Positions 36,272 through 48,812 of a DNA stretch of 64,000 bases are shown piece after piece. Below the pieces are notes generated by a model that saw nothing but the letters and a program-made list of their open reading frames with translations, did no database searches and was not told where the DNA came from. Position 1 is the first letter of the stretch, and each line of letters begins with the position of its first letter. This DNA comes from Nemertoderma westbladi (lineage: Eukaryota; Animalia; Xenacoelomorpha). The translations under genes and the position numbers were made by a program. The stretch spans positions 1-64,000 of the forward strand of contig JAUCBJ010006880.1 of NCBI GenBank assembly GCA_032718475.1, given 5' to 3'.

Positions 36272-37365
36272 ACGGGGGTCCCGTCACATAGCACACATTT
36301 CGGTTTGATGTTACTTACCTTATTTTGAATAACATTGTGCACATTTGTTCTTTCTTCGGGCTTTCTCACCTGAATTCTCTTAGGAGACATAGGAGGAGTT
36401 TTTCTTACCTGTTCTCTCCTGTCATTGGTTCGAGACTTGAATTTACTTACCTGTTCTTTAGGCGTTTTATTGACATAATAAGATCTTTCAGTGTCTTTCC
36501 CGCTATCCTCTCCTTGAGAAGTCTGGCTTTCGCCGTCGTCGGTATAACACACTGGTGTTACTTTTCTCCTAGAAACGGGTTTCTCACTTACCTTGTTTTC
36601 CAGTGTCTTCTCTCTGGACTGTTTTAGGAGTTGTAATTTCACTTCTCCATCTACGAATGACATGAGATCAGCCATGGTAGGGTCTCGTCGTTGTTGTTCC
36701 ATCATATATAACACTTTCTTATCCCAGCGTGTACCTACTCCACCCTTAGGTAAAGTAGAAGCCACGGCTCCAATAACCATAGAACTCTGATATTCATGAG
36801 ACTTACCTAACCAATCTAATTGTCTACAGATCTCTTGAATCTCATCGGAAAACTCTATTATCCCGCTGCTAATGAACTTTCGGGGCGCTACTAATTTTGC
36901 ATACAAATATTTAGCTATGTTATTCCTATTACCATACCTGATGTTTAGTGTATCCCAAACTTGTCTTAATCCATCCGGATGTCCAATAAACTTTAACGCC
37001 ATTAACTTGGGAGATCCTTCCAAACACTCGATGAGGAATCTAAGTTTCTCTCCGTTAGATAGCACAGAGTTCTGTATGTTATCTTTGTAATATTCATTAA
37101 AAGGTAACCATTTCATCTCATCTCCATTGAACTTGACTATCTCTCCCACCTTTACCACTTGACGGGCTTCAGTTCTAGCCATTTGACGCGTAAAACTTTC
37201 TTGGGCCATCGTGTTATTTAATATCGAGTTATCGGTATATAAATTTCTCGGATTATTATCAAGTCTATATGGGATATCATTGTCAACAGGTTTATAATTA
37301 CCCTTAATAGGGTTTACTATAGGAGTTTCCACTTCGCTAGCAGTATAGATGCGTGTAGGCTCCAC
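36268..37365 (-). CDS. BEL/Pao gag core (DUF1759-like), split from pol by a 1-nt frameshift
   Basis: KFNGDEMKWLPF..EKLRFLIECLEG..WDTLNIRYG signature; ends CVLCDGT, the first half of a zinc knuckle that continues (RLNMC) in the next frame. Confidence 0.88.
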   Translation of the reverse strand: MEPTRIYTASEVETPIVNPIKGNYKPVDNDIPYRLDNNPRNLYTDNSILNNTMAQESFTRQMARTEARQVVKVGEIVKFNGDEMKWLPFNEYYKDNIQNSVLSNGEKLRFLIECLEGSPKLMALKFIGHPDGLRQVWDTLNIRYGNRNNIAKYLYAKLVAPRKFISSGIIEFSDEIQEICRQLDWLGKSHEYQSSMVIGAVASTLPKGGVGTRWDKKVLYMMEQQRRDPTMADLMSFVDGEVKLQLLKQSREKTLENKVSEKPVSRRKVTPVCYTDDGESQTSQGEDSGKDTERSYYVNKTPKEQVSKFKSRTNDRREQVRKTPPMSPKRIQVRKPEERTNVHNVIQNKVSNIKPKCVLCDGTPV

Positions 37366-37390
37366 ACCTTGCGCATGAAATACTTCAGAC

Positions 37391-39544
37391 CTAACAGGTT
37401 GGACCAGGGTTGCAACTAACTAATTTATCGCGTTCTAACGCGATACTTTGCTGCACTTCTTGCAACTCTAACCTACTTTCCCTTACTGTGCCCTTGAACT
37501 GCTTAACAGTCTCCTGCATCTGCCCGAGCAGGAGATCCATCCCCCGCCATCTCTCATCCACCCACTCGACCGCCGAAGCGGGAGCCGCCAACGTTGTAGC
37601 AGGCAGACGAGGGACAACGGGCGACAAATCATTAATATTTCACTCGGAGTCCAGAACATGAACTGTCTCCTGGGCTGTTCTGCTGGGCACAGGTAGCTTA
37701 GTGCTATGCAAAGGGAATCTAGAGGTAGGTTCTGGGAGTACAGGTGTCTCTATCACCGAAGGGGTGGATTCGAGAACAGGCCTAATTATTTCAGGCTCAT
37801 CTACTATAGTAGGGAGTCTGTCTATTTTAATAATTTGGTCTGTGGGTTCTGTACTACCTAAGTCTGTGCTAACTAGTTGTTTTCGAACAGCTGGGGGCAA
37901 ATCAGGCAATTTCTGACGGTGGGACATTCTTCTACGTCTGCTGAGACGAGATCGATTTCTTCCGCCTTCAGGATCTGTTGTATCGCCCTCATCTGATGAT
38001 GTAAAACCCTGTCTCTTGGGAGTAGATCGACTCATCATCTGCATTTGACTAGCTGTTAACTGTTTATTTATGCAGTCCCGACTCTCCTGAATATCCTCCA
38101 ACTCCAGTTGGGTGGTCTCTTCAGCTGCTCTTCTTTCTGCTTCAGCCAATGCTAGCTTTCTTTCTGCTTCTACTGCTGCCACTGCCGCTTTTCTATCTGA
38201 TTCTGCCGCTGCAGCTTTTGCCTCTGCCGCTCTTCTTTCCGCTTCTACTGCTGCCACTGCCGCTTTTCTATCTGATTCTGCCGCTGCAGCTTTTGCCTCT
38301 GCCGCTTTTCTTTCCACTTCTGCCGCTTTTCTTTCTGCTTCTGCCTCTGCTGCTGCCGCTGCTGCTATCTTTCTGTCTTCTATACGTTTTTTCTTTACTT
38401 GTTCTTCTTGGACTCTAGTGATGCGGAGGCGTTCATCAAATTTAGCTTGGTTCGCAGCTCTCATATCCACATCGATTGCGTCCAACACAAGCTTGGCTCC
38501 TTCACTATTAGGGCTAAGCCCCTCCAGCCTTCTCCTCAACTCTTCATCACCTACAAAGCGTTGATAGTCTGACAGATAGATGTCAATAGCATCCCTCTTA
38601 TGCGGTTTCTCTGCTGTCGCTTCACTTTCCACTTGGGAAAATGTAGCGTCTGTGGATTCTTCATGGGTTGAGCGCTCAGCTAACTGAGATTTCCACGGGG
38701 CAGTTCTTTGAACTTGGAGATTCACCCGCTGTAACCAAGTCTTTACGGCAACTTGCAACGACGTGTCTTGTCTTCTTTTCGAAGCCTCCTCAAAGGCCGA
38801 TAGGATTAGTCTGATTCTTAGAATTCTTTCTCGAACTTGATAAAGCAGCTCTCCCTGCTCTTGAGGTCCTTGTGATTGTCTAAACAATTGTTCTTCTAAT
38901 CGCTCCATGGAGCTGAAGAATCCCTGTACGTATCCGGCTGCGGACCTCTTCCACACAGCTGGATCGATGGTTTCCTTGGTTACTCCCATCCTGTGTATGT
39001 CTTCCCAGGCAGCTTCCGATAAATCAAACGGGAGTCCGGGTCCGGGGAAGTTCCATTGCGACTCGACCATAGGCTTCAGTTCTTCCCTTGTGTATCCCGC
39101 ATAACGATCGTTAGTCGATCGCTTATTTCTCGCCCAATCAATCTGGTGTTCCTCCACCGCAATCAATAACCTTGTGAGTATGGCTGCAGGAAGGATGAGA
39201 AGGGGATCCGAATAAACCGCATCTGTCATCTTTGCTCCGTGCTCGGGTGTCAGCTCTACAGTATCCGCACTACTGGAGCTGTCGGGCCGCTGAGAAATAA
39301 GTTCTCGGCTCGTGGGTTGTTGCTGTTCTGCTGCTTCTTGGTCCCGCTTGACCTGAGCTCGAGTGCCTATGATAGACCTACGGTGTTGGACTAGCCTAGG
39401 GTCTGATATTACTACTGGAGGGATGATCTTTCTTACAGTAGGAGGTGAGTTGAACTTCGGTCTCACACGTTCCACACTCCTGTCTGGGTCACATATGGTT
39501 GTATCTAGGAGACTGTCTGACAGGTTTTGCTGTGTGTCAGACAT
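37391..39544 (-). CDS. Extended N-terminal gag region (634-aa ORF, in-frame TGA, then 78-aa ORF) with Ala/Glu/Lys coiled-coil repeats
   Basis: ATG at 39544; TGA at 37640-37642 is in frame with 37391-37627; removing a 4-bp duplication (TTAGTTAGTT, about 37414-37423) joins it to the gag core. Confidence 0.7.
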
Positions 39545-40877
39545 GTTTGTTTGTACAGTTGAATGCCTACTGCTATATTACAGTTTAAGCAAGTCTAGTA
39601 ATTCAGTATCACTGTTAGCCTAGTAATTAATTACCGATACTGCTACTCAGCGTAGCGTGATATATATAATATATTAGAATACCGGTATGCTTATGGTATA
39701 TATAAGTATTATTACAGACTAGGTTTGTCACAGAATACCGGTAGGCAATTTCAGCACAAATATATAAATATATAATAGGCCTATCGTGAATACCGGTATA
39801 CAGCTTACACTTATAGTATATATATATAAGTATAATTACAGACTAGAATTGATTACAGAATACCGGTATATAATTTAGCCTAAATTTATAGAAATAAATA
39901 TAATAAGCCTATCGCGAATACCGGTATGTCAATTATTTTTAAATAATTGAATTTCTGAATTTTAGGGGTTACTTGGTTACTTTAACTTACTTTATTACCG
40001 TTATTTAAGCAGTAGTCCAACTGATATTAAGACCTAATTGTTGTAAGGCAGGCCTACTATTTATAAATCGTTTGAGTTGATTTATAGTATATATACCCGT
40101 TAAAATGGGTTTTTGTCAATATTTGAAATAAATGTTATTATTTCTGGGGGGAGTCACTACACAGAAGCTGTGTGCTCTCAGTGGAGTGTTACTTGTTGGA
40201 CACTAAAACAAATAATTCTAATTTACCTAAGTTACTTAATACTACAAATTACGTACAATTCTGGGTGAGATTATAATCTCTAAATAAACACAAAAATTTA
40301 CAAGTACGAATTTTTAGGGTAATTTTACAAGAAGTCTACAAACCAGCCTAACAAAGGGTTAGAATATCTGGTTATTACAACGGACAGGGTACTACGGTAT
40401 TTGAAAATAATAAGTAGTAGTAAATATACTGCGTTGTCCAGATAGGAAAATACCACCGTCTGACGACTTATAGCCGTATCGCTATAAGTACTACGTTATG
40501 TATCACGGAGTGTTCCTACCTAGAAGTTAATTACCGCGGTCTACCAGAACCAACGTGCCTATTAACCACTTTACAACACAAATATACTGTCTACACACCA
40601 ATTGCCTTCGGAAAGCACTGTACACTAAACCCTAAATTAGGTACAAGTACTTATACAACAAATAATCAGTAGTTAAAAATACTTGAACAGCTAAAAGAAC
40701 CACGGTATCTGCTGGAGTGACCGGGGCACAAAATCATCAGTCTTTACCTACGCCAAGCAGCCCTGATGTAGTACCGGGGTTAGTTTAACTATAACGGTAT
40801 ATATAACAAGCACAATTACTGTAGGAATTAACTTTGGGATATGAATGTTGCGAATAATTGCATAAACTCTGAAGAAT

Positions 40878-41448
40878 AAATATTACGCTACGCGTACAGA
40901 CTACTCAAACAAAATGCAGACCAAATGCTGACAGACTACTATCAAGCCTAAACAAACTACGGTATATGCAGACTCCGAAATGGTTAGTTAGTATGCGTTC
41001 TAACCGAGTAGTACGTCTTATTCTTTCGAGGGGGTTTACCTCACAGCATTGGAAGCCCCTACGTTCCCAACTGGCACTTTATCGGACATACACTCTACAC
41101 ACACCGAAATCTCTTCAGACCTAACAACAGCCAGGCAAAATCCAGCCTACAAATTATCTAAATAAGAAATATTACGCTACCCGCACAAACTACACAAACA
41201 AAGTACAGACCAAACGCTGGCACACTACTATCAAGCCTAAACAAACTACAGTATATGCAGACTCCGAAATGGTTAGTTAGTATGCGTTCTAACCGAGTAG
41301 TACGACTTATTCTTTCGAGGGGGTTTACCTCACAGCACTGGCAGCCCCTACTTTCCTAACTAGTACTTTTTCGGACATACGCTCTACACACACTACAGTC
41401 CCCTCAGACTTAACAACAGTCAGACAACAGTCCAGCCTACAAATTATC
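40878..41448. repeat. Two about 290-bp tandem duplicates in the retrotransposon 5' leader
   Basis: AAATATTACGCTAC...GCAGACTCCGAAATGGTTAGTTAGTATGCGTTCTAACCGAGTAGTACG...TCCAGCCTACAAATTATCT occurs twice (about 40878 and about 41167). Confidence 0.85.
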
Positions 41449-41709
41449 TGTACAATCTGAGCAGGCTTACACGCCTTCTGCTCAATATTGGCCTACAAAT
41501 AAATAATACTGACAGAAATAAGTACAATCCCAATAAAAACCAGGCGTCCCCGATTACTTATTAAGACCTACCGGTATATAATTATCAAAATCTAATAATA
41601 CTGCTGTACCTGTACTGCTGTAGGTACCGGTCCGGGTGGTTAGGTAGTCAGGCCTACTGGGTACCGGTTGCCGGTACTTCAGCTTTATTGCCTACTGCAA
41701 TACAGAAGC

Positions 41710-41721
41710 TATATCTGTTAT
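41710..41721 (-). promoter_or_regulatory. Putative self-complementary primer-binding site (ATAACAGATATA)
   Basis: Occupies the PBS position directly after the 5' LTR, lacks TGG, and is the exact reverse complement of sense-strand LTR sequence at 42439-42450. Confidence 0.6.
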
Positions 41722-42892
41722 TGTTCGCGCTTTAAGACCTTTAGCAGTTTAACCTGCCAAATTGGGATGTCTTCTAGATAATAGATAGTCTTTAGCCTAT
41801 GACGAGTATTTGATACACTACATTAGCCGAAGCCAGTCTATGCGCGATCATTCACCCGCTGGATATACCCGGGAGACTGGATTCGGAAGCCTAACCGTAT
41901 TGTGATGTAGGCCTACTGTATTATTCGACTGATCGTAATATATAATCTCTGACAAATATTATTCACTTTCGGGAAATATTAACAGTTCCTTTAGGACGTG
42001 GCGCTCTAAATATGTAAACAGAGTTATGACTTAAACTAGACACAACGGGATGGCTATAGATTCACGTATATGGCGCATTCTTTAGGAGATGCTTTGTTAT
42101 CAGTTACAATCATACACAATACTGCACAATGCTGCACACCGATCTGCCGACCTTCACTAATTTTAGTCACATATAAAGAGAACAACAACCAATACATGTA
42201 GTGCCTATGAAATAGCATTAGATTCACTTCAAAACCACTTTAATGTAAGTCGCAATCGTTATATGTAACCGCTCTCTCTTACCTTCAGTATATCAAGAAG
42301 ATTGAGGGTTTGTAATTATTTATCAGTATTCCAAATATAATAATATTCCATCAACAGATATAATGAATAACCGACAGTAAATAGCAGTAAATTGTTAAGT
42401 TATGAATGGTTAAGTAATGATTGATATGGTTTGGATTGATAACAGATATACGTTCTATAATTAAGCCTACTAATGCTGGGCTAAAGACTGAAAACACAGA
42501 GAATCCGAAGCCGGTCTTCTAGGCTCAGGACAAAATGTAAACATTGACCCATAATGCATTGCGCGATTTCTCGGAGGTTTCTGTACAAAAAGCAGGAGAA
42601 TCGCTCTGATTGGTTGACCGAACAAAGAAACACCAGAGAACAAGGAAAAAGCTACACGTGTACAGCTCAGCTGTTAGCTGTCGTCATAGTAACTACACTG
42701 TTTCAAGAGGATCTAGCGCATTGCGTCATAGAATTGCTAATTATGTCCGCTAAAGTACACATACAGAAGAAATGGCTTTTTATGTCCACTAAAACACCAG
42801 TACAGTAAGGACACGGCCTTTTATGCCTGTTAAACCAACTACAGAGTACTTTGCGGGGAAAATAACCGGCTAATTCCGCAAAAGCTTTTACA
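41722..42892 (-). repeat. 5' LTR (1171 bp) of the BEL/Pao element
   Basis: TG...CA ends, bounded by the ATGAA TSD; sense-strand CCAAT at 42609-42613 and ATTAAA at 42239-42244. Confidence 0.96.
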
Positions 42893-44302
42893 ATGAATCA
42901 ACCCGGCAGGTTTCCTTCACTGGGGACAAATGACCAATTGGGTGTCCTATTTGGAAATGCCTGGGGCTAAACGGCCAATCACATCTTAGAATGTTCTGAG
43001 CTCCATTCACTACCCTGCACAGTGCACTTTATTTAATTACACTGTACCACTGAGTCAAGGCCACCTAAATAAGTTTATCTCAATATTGTTTAGATGGCCT
43101 TGCACTGAAGTCTCATGAAGTGGGTCTAAACGACTAAATGAGTATCATGTTCTAGCCCCGTTTCACCCCAATATTTTCCAATTGCCGTACGTTTTCTACC
43201 CACTTTTGGGACTTTGCGCCCCCTCTGACGCGAAGAATGGCCCCCAGCCCGTTCCCAGGCCCCTGGTTATTGCCGACTTTGCAAAGCTGTCGTACCCAAC
43301 GAAAGTTATACATATCTATGCCATACATAACGTACGCTATGATGCCATACCAACCAGCCATATTGTATTTATTATGAGACAGTGACTGATAAATAATCAG
43401 CTGTTATCCTGCGCAGCTACAGTAGCTGTATGGTAAGGTAACATAGCAACGACGTAAATATTAGCATTATACTGCTTTAACGATGTACCGGTTAGTCAGC
43501 ACTCATAAGTCAGGATTACCTTCTCAACAACCGTAACAGAGTTTGGTCTTAGTCTGGTTAGATTAGATTAGATATTTATTGACAAAGCAATACAATAGGT
43601 AGCGTTTCAGAGGTTACGTTAGGGTCGTTGTATGCCCGTTTTTTTTTAACATTAGGGAAATATTACATTAATTTGGCGCTTTTCCAAACGCGCACTTAGA
43701 ATGTATCCTGTCTGCCTGGTACAACCTGGGCTGCCGACATGTTCATGTTACGTAGCAATATTGCATGCTAACAGAAACAGACTGGCAGATGACCCGAATG
43801 CGAACAGCCGGATGCCTATTCAGCTATTGCAATACCGGTAATATGGTATTGTCTTTCTCTGTTTGGCTAACGCATCGCTCTGTAGTCTGGTCTGTACCGA
43901 CAGACCGGTAGGCGTTATGTTGCCTACTCTCTCTGGTCTGGTCGAACCGGGTTGGTACCGGCGCGTTTCCGCTATCTTTGTTGAATACCGGTTCCGACTA
44001 TTTTCAGGTATATCTCGCTATTTGCAATTGCAACTGTAACATAACGTATCGGTTCGGTAATACTAAAGAAATATTTACAAAGTGTGTCATTGAATTGCTT
44101 TTAATTTGCTAAAAAGTAAATAAGGTAAATTGTACGTCCCCAAATAACGTATTGTTACTTATTATTTAAATGTATATGTGAATTAGGCCAAGTTTAGCAC
44201 AGTTACCGCTACCATCTTACCGTTAGGCCTATTACACACGGCTAATCGCTCAATTCAACTTACAAACTTTCTTCAGAAGTTAAGAAATAAATACGACCAG
44301 CA

Positions 44303-47300
44303 ATGAATTTATCGCGCACGAAACCAGCTCAACATTTCAAGGAACGCCAAAAGGTTGCTCAAGAAGAAAAGAAGAAACACAACATTCCAAAACTAGAAGA
44401 TTTTCTGGAGTCGCGAGACTACACTGGGGCGCTCACCCTCCTGGACTTTGAGCGGAACGCCGGGAAGAAGAGTGAAGAGCACAACTTATTCATCGCGTAC
44501 TGCTGCTTCCATCTGGGAGACTTCAACCGGGCCCAAACAGAGTACCAAAAGATTATAGACAATAACAAAAAGTGCAACCCAGAGATATGGAATTACCTTG
44601 GATGTTGTTTTTTCTTTCTCGGGATGTACAAAGAATCCGAAGAAGCCACAAAGAAAGGTCCGAAATCTCGCCTCCAGAATCGTCTTCTCTTTCATCTCGC
44701 CCACAAGTTTAATGACGAGAAGAAGTTGCTGGGATTTCACCAGAACCTTCAGGATATCTTGGAAGACCAACTCAGTCTCGCCTCCATCCACTACCTGCGC
44801 TCCCACTACCAGGAGGCCATCGACATCTATAAACGACTCCTTCTCGAGCACCGGGAGTACCTCGCCCTCAACGTCTACGTCGCACTCTGTTACTATAAGC
44901 TCGACTACTACGACGTCTCCCAGGAGATTCTCAATGTATATCTGCAACATCATCCAGACAGCGCGACTGCCATTAATCTCAAGGCCTGTAACCACTTTAA
45001 GTTGTACAACGGCAAAGCGGCGGAGGCAGAGATAAAGTCCCTGCAGGACGCGGCCTCCTCTTCTTTTACGTACGCACAGGATCTCGTCAAACATAATCTG
45101 GTCGTCTTCCGCGGAGGGGAGTCAGCATTACAGGTTGGTACAACTCAGAATGGTTGTTACATCTTACAGTGTATTAGTTACCTAACTTTACATTGTGTAA
45201 AATTATCTTTAATATTATAAATTAAATATCCAACAAATTGAGCAAGGGAGACATAAAGGCAGCGAAGTCAAATAGGTTATTTAATGATATGGACTTGTAA
45301 TTTGCGAATCTGGAACTGGCAGATAATATGTACTAGACTATTCACCGAGATATTTTAAAATATATACCGGTACACGTTTCAGAATTAAAGCATTATAATC
45401 AAATATGTAACTGTAAGGACTAAACATCTATACCTCTAGCGGGAGACTTTTGAACTGATGGTGTCTAAAAGTTTGATACAAATTTCACCTTTTGCCTTAA
45501 TGATTCTATCAAATTAGTAGCATTTAGTTGGACACCAGTTCGAACTTTGAACCCAATTTTAGGTACAAATATCCGGAGTTATGAGTCGTGTTATTTTTCC
45601 CCCCAAATAGGTTCTCCCACCACTTATTGACGCACTACCGGAAGCGCGCCTCAACCTCGTCATCTACTACCTCAAGCAGGATGACGTCATTGAGGCATTC
45701 AACCTCGTGAAGGACCTCGAACCCACAACCCCGCAGGAGTACATCCTAAAGGGGGTTGTCAACGCCTCCTTGGGGCAGGATCAGAGTTCCCGGGAGCACC
45801 TAAAGGTGGCGCAGCAGTACTTCCAGCTGGTGGGCGGGTCTGCCAGTGAGTGCGACACCATACCGGGTAGACAGTGCATGGCCAGTTGCTTCTTCCTTCT
45901 CAGACAGTTCGACGATGTCCTAATATATCTCAATTCTATTAAGAGTTACTTCTACAACGACGACTGTTTTAACTTCAACTACGCCCAGACCAAAGCGGCT
46001 ACCGGTAGCTTCAGAGAGGCAGAGGAAATATTCCTTTTAATTAAAGATGAAAACATCAAGAAGGTGTGTAAACGTGTCACGTGCATCACTATTTTGTATT
46101 CTCACAACTAGTAACAGTATTCCAGAATGTACAAATCAATATTCTTAATAATAAATTAAGAGAAAGGGCAGGGTATCTATTAACAAAATTTATTTACGTA
46201 ACTTTAATCACATTTTATTCTAGAATGGTACTTTTCCGCTCCCAAAAATAGCCCAATAGTGAACTAAAGTAAAAGAAAAGTAATCGAATCGTATTTATCT
46301 ATGTATAGGATTGCGAAATTGAGTTGTAGAAGTATCTTATCTTCAAATTTTGTAGTAAAGGTGTCATGTTCTCAGCGTCAATATCCGGTAAGGAATGTAT
46401 CAAATTAATTTTTAGTTTAATGAATGACTGCGGTTTCATATGATAATAAAAGGAGTTTAAATAATAATTATTGAATCTTTTATTTTTTTTGGGAAAACAC
46501 GCAGGTGGGCGCGCGCAGATAAATATTTTTTTTGTTAGTCTGATTAAACGGGTAACTAATTCCCGATAGTTTGAATTACATTTATAAAATAAATCACATT
46601 ATTAATTATCTATCAACTTAATTAATAATATTACTTTGTATATTACATTAATATATTTTCTCTGTAGGATTATATCTTTATCAGTTGGTTTGCCCGTTGC
46701 TTTATTATGAATAACAAACCCAGACAAGCTTGGGAACTTTACTTAAAGATGGAAACGTCAGCTGAATCCTTCAGTTTGCTACAACTGATCGCCAACGATT
46801 GCTACAAAATGGGGCATTTCTACTACGCGGTTAAAGCGTTCGACGTTCTAGAACGTCTAGATCCCTCTAATCAGGAACACTGGGAGGTCAGTTTGTAACA
46901 AATATATAGGGTTTTATATTCGAGTTTATTTATATTTCAATAGAAAGTTAAAATATTATACACTTTCGTACTTACATGATATTATATTATGAGTACTTTA
47001 TACGGCGGGCGAGAATGCTTTATACAGCTGGTGAGTATTAAGTAGCATCAGTTGAACACAATTGCAATTAGAGGTTAGAGCCATTATTGTACTTACGTAA
47101 TGAATGAATTATTGTTTAAGGGTAAGAGAGGAGCTTGCTGCGGTGTATTTCAACAGATCGTTGCCGACAGAATGAAAGGCTCTCAGCATCAAATCCGAGA
47201 CAGACAGGCGTCCCCGGACCAACTCAAAGACGTGGTTAATATGCTTCGGAATTCCCCCAATCCCGGGGCCGATTACATCATCCGTACCATCGTGAAATGG

Positions 47301-47318
47301 AAGAAAGAACAAGATTAA
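44303..47318 (+). CDS. TTC26: Intraflagellar transport protein 56 / tetratricopeptide repeat protein 26; coding exons 44303-45133, 45611-46063, 46668-46886, 47121-47318 (566 aa)
   Basis: [93 protein letters not shown]; three phase-0 GT-AG introns join the ORFs in frame. Confidence 0.95.
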
Positions 47319-48620
47319 TTGAATACAGCCGCGTTAGCGAAAGTTTTATTAAAATCGGACACCATTTTATTTTGATCTTATCTGATATGGTTTTTGACGA
47401 GGATCCAATATGTTTTTTTTAGGTTTTACTAAGTTATATCACTGACTCAGTTAGCTGTAGACCTTCCTTGAGATGCTTCGCCGCCAATGTGAAGAATACC
47501 AGGATTTCACTTTTCGGTCGACTTTTTATTGGAATTTTATAAATGAAGATTTTTTATTTTTTTTTATTTATCTTTATTAAGTGTTTTATAGCGCTTATTT
47601 CTGTCTTATAACCTGTACATATACTAATTCGTTTATTGTTTTGGTTAGATTCAGCCCTTATGTAACCTGTGTTTTTGGTGTAAACCTGGTATTCTTCACA
47701 TGGGGGTAACTGCAAAGTGAAATATAACGGCAGAAAGTCTGGTATTCTTCTCATGGACCTGCATCGCCTCTAACGATGGATTTGATAACGTTTTTCTGGT
47801 TGACTCCGGCCTGTTTTGCAACCTAATATTGAATAAATTGTATCACCACACAATATTGCATTTGTCAATGTGTATGATATTGTGTTCTACTGAGTTTCTA
47901 GTCCAGTCAATCTAGCTAAAAAAAGGGGATCCACCCAAAAGAAATTCTCAATCATCCAACAGCAAATTTTTTGGGTTCTATATTATTTTGTTATTGCCCA
48001 AAATAGTCTATAATAATTATTTATTACATGGGAAGAATAGTATAATTGTTTTCACTATTCTCGAAGTATTTTATTTAACTTACGCCATCGAGGTTAATAA
48101 GGGGTCTAGTGAATATCGAAAAAAAGTTACAACAAAAAACTCGTTACAAAAAACAAACTCGCCCTAACTCGTTACAACCTAATTTTACAATATGTTCTAG
48201 AATAGAGAATTTGTCAACAGTAAAGTTCTGTTCGGCCCAAGTCCGTCTCAATTAAATACTTTTCCGGGTAAAATATTTTATATTTAATGCGCGCTTAAAT
48301 AAGTTATATGGAGAGTGACAAACCCTAACACAAATAAATGTTTGGAATCCTCGTCAAATTCTAATCTTTCACAAAATAAATTGTAAAAACCCCAAACAAC
48401 CCCCCCCCCCCCCCCCCCTTAATATTTGAATGTAACATTAATTAATTGTAATTAAGTATCATTTCTACTACAGATAATATATTTTTATTGCAATCAGTAG
48501 TGTGGCTGTAATGTCTCAAGTATAAACGCAATTTCATGAGATTTTCTATACTAATTTTTGGAATAACTTCAGGGATAATGACTGTAGAAAGGGTCTAATG
48601 CCACGGTTAACAAAAACAGT

Positions 48621-48670
48621 TTCTATTTATATGGCCATTTCATCCTCACGGACGTCTTCAGTAAATTAAA
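48621..48670 (-). ncRNA. Type I hammerhead ribozyme motif (mirror copy)
   Basis: Exact reverse complement of 48763-48812. Confidence 0.75.
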
Positions 48671-48762
48671 TTAAAATAACATTAAAACACAATAATTTTT
48701 AAATATATGATTTTAACCCCCATAACTTTTTTAAAAATTATTGTGTTTTAATGTTATTTTAA

Positions 48763-48812
48763 TTTAATTTACTGAAGACGTCCGTGAGGATGAAATGGCC
48801 ATATAAATAGAA
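48763..48812 (+). ncRNA. Type I minimal hammerhead ribozyme motif
   Basis: ATTTA-CTGAAGA-C-GTCC-GTGA-GGAT-GAAA-TGGCCA-TA-TAAAT: CUGANGA and GAAA cores, stem II with GUGA tetraloop, palindromic stem III, stem I ATTTA/TAAAT; predicted cleavage after 48803 (AUA). Confidence 0.78.

Larger units (their letters stand above)
25558..42892 (-). mobile_element. Full-length 17.3-kb BEL/Pao LTR retrotransposon with extra 3' ORFs
   Basis: Two TG...CA LTRs; 5-bp TSD ATGAA at 25553-25557 and 42893-42897; gag-PR-RT-RNaseH-IN order; polypurine tract next to the 3' LTR. Confidence 0.97.

Noticed and set aside
43152-43385. Short ORFs upstream of TTC26 as a head-to-head gene
   Set aside because: No recognisable motif or convincing splice sites.
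44486-45094. 202-aa antisense ORF over TTC26, and antisense ORFs over HCCS and pol
   Set aside because: Shadow ORFs from codon bias of the real coding strand.
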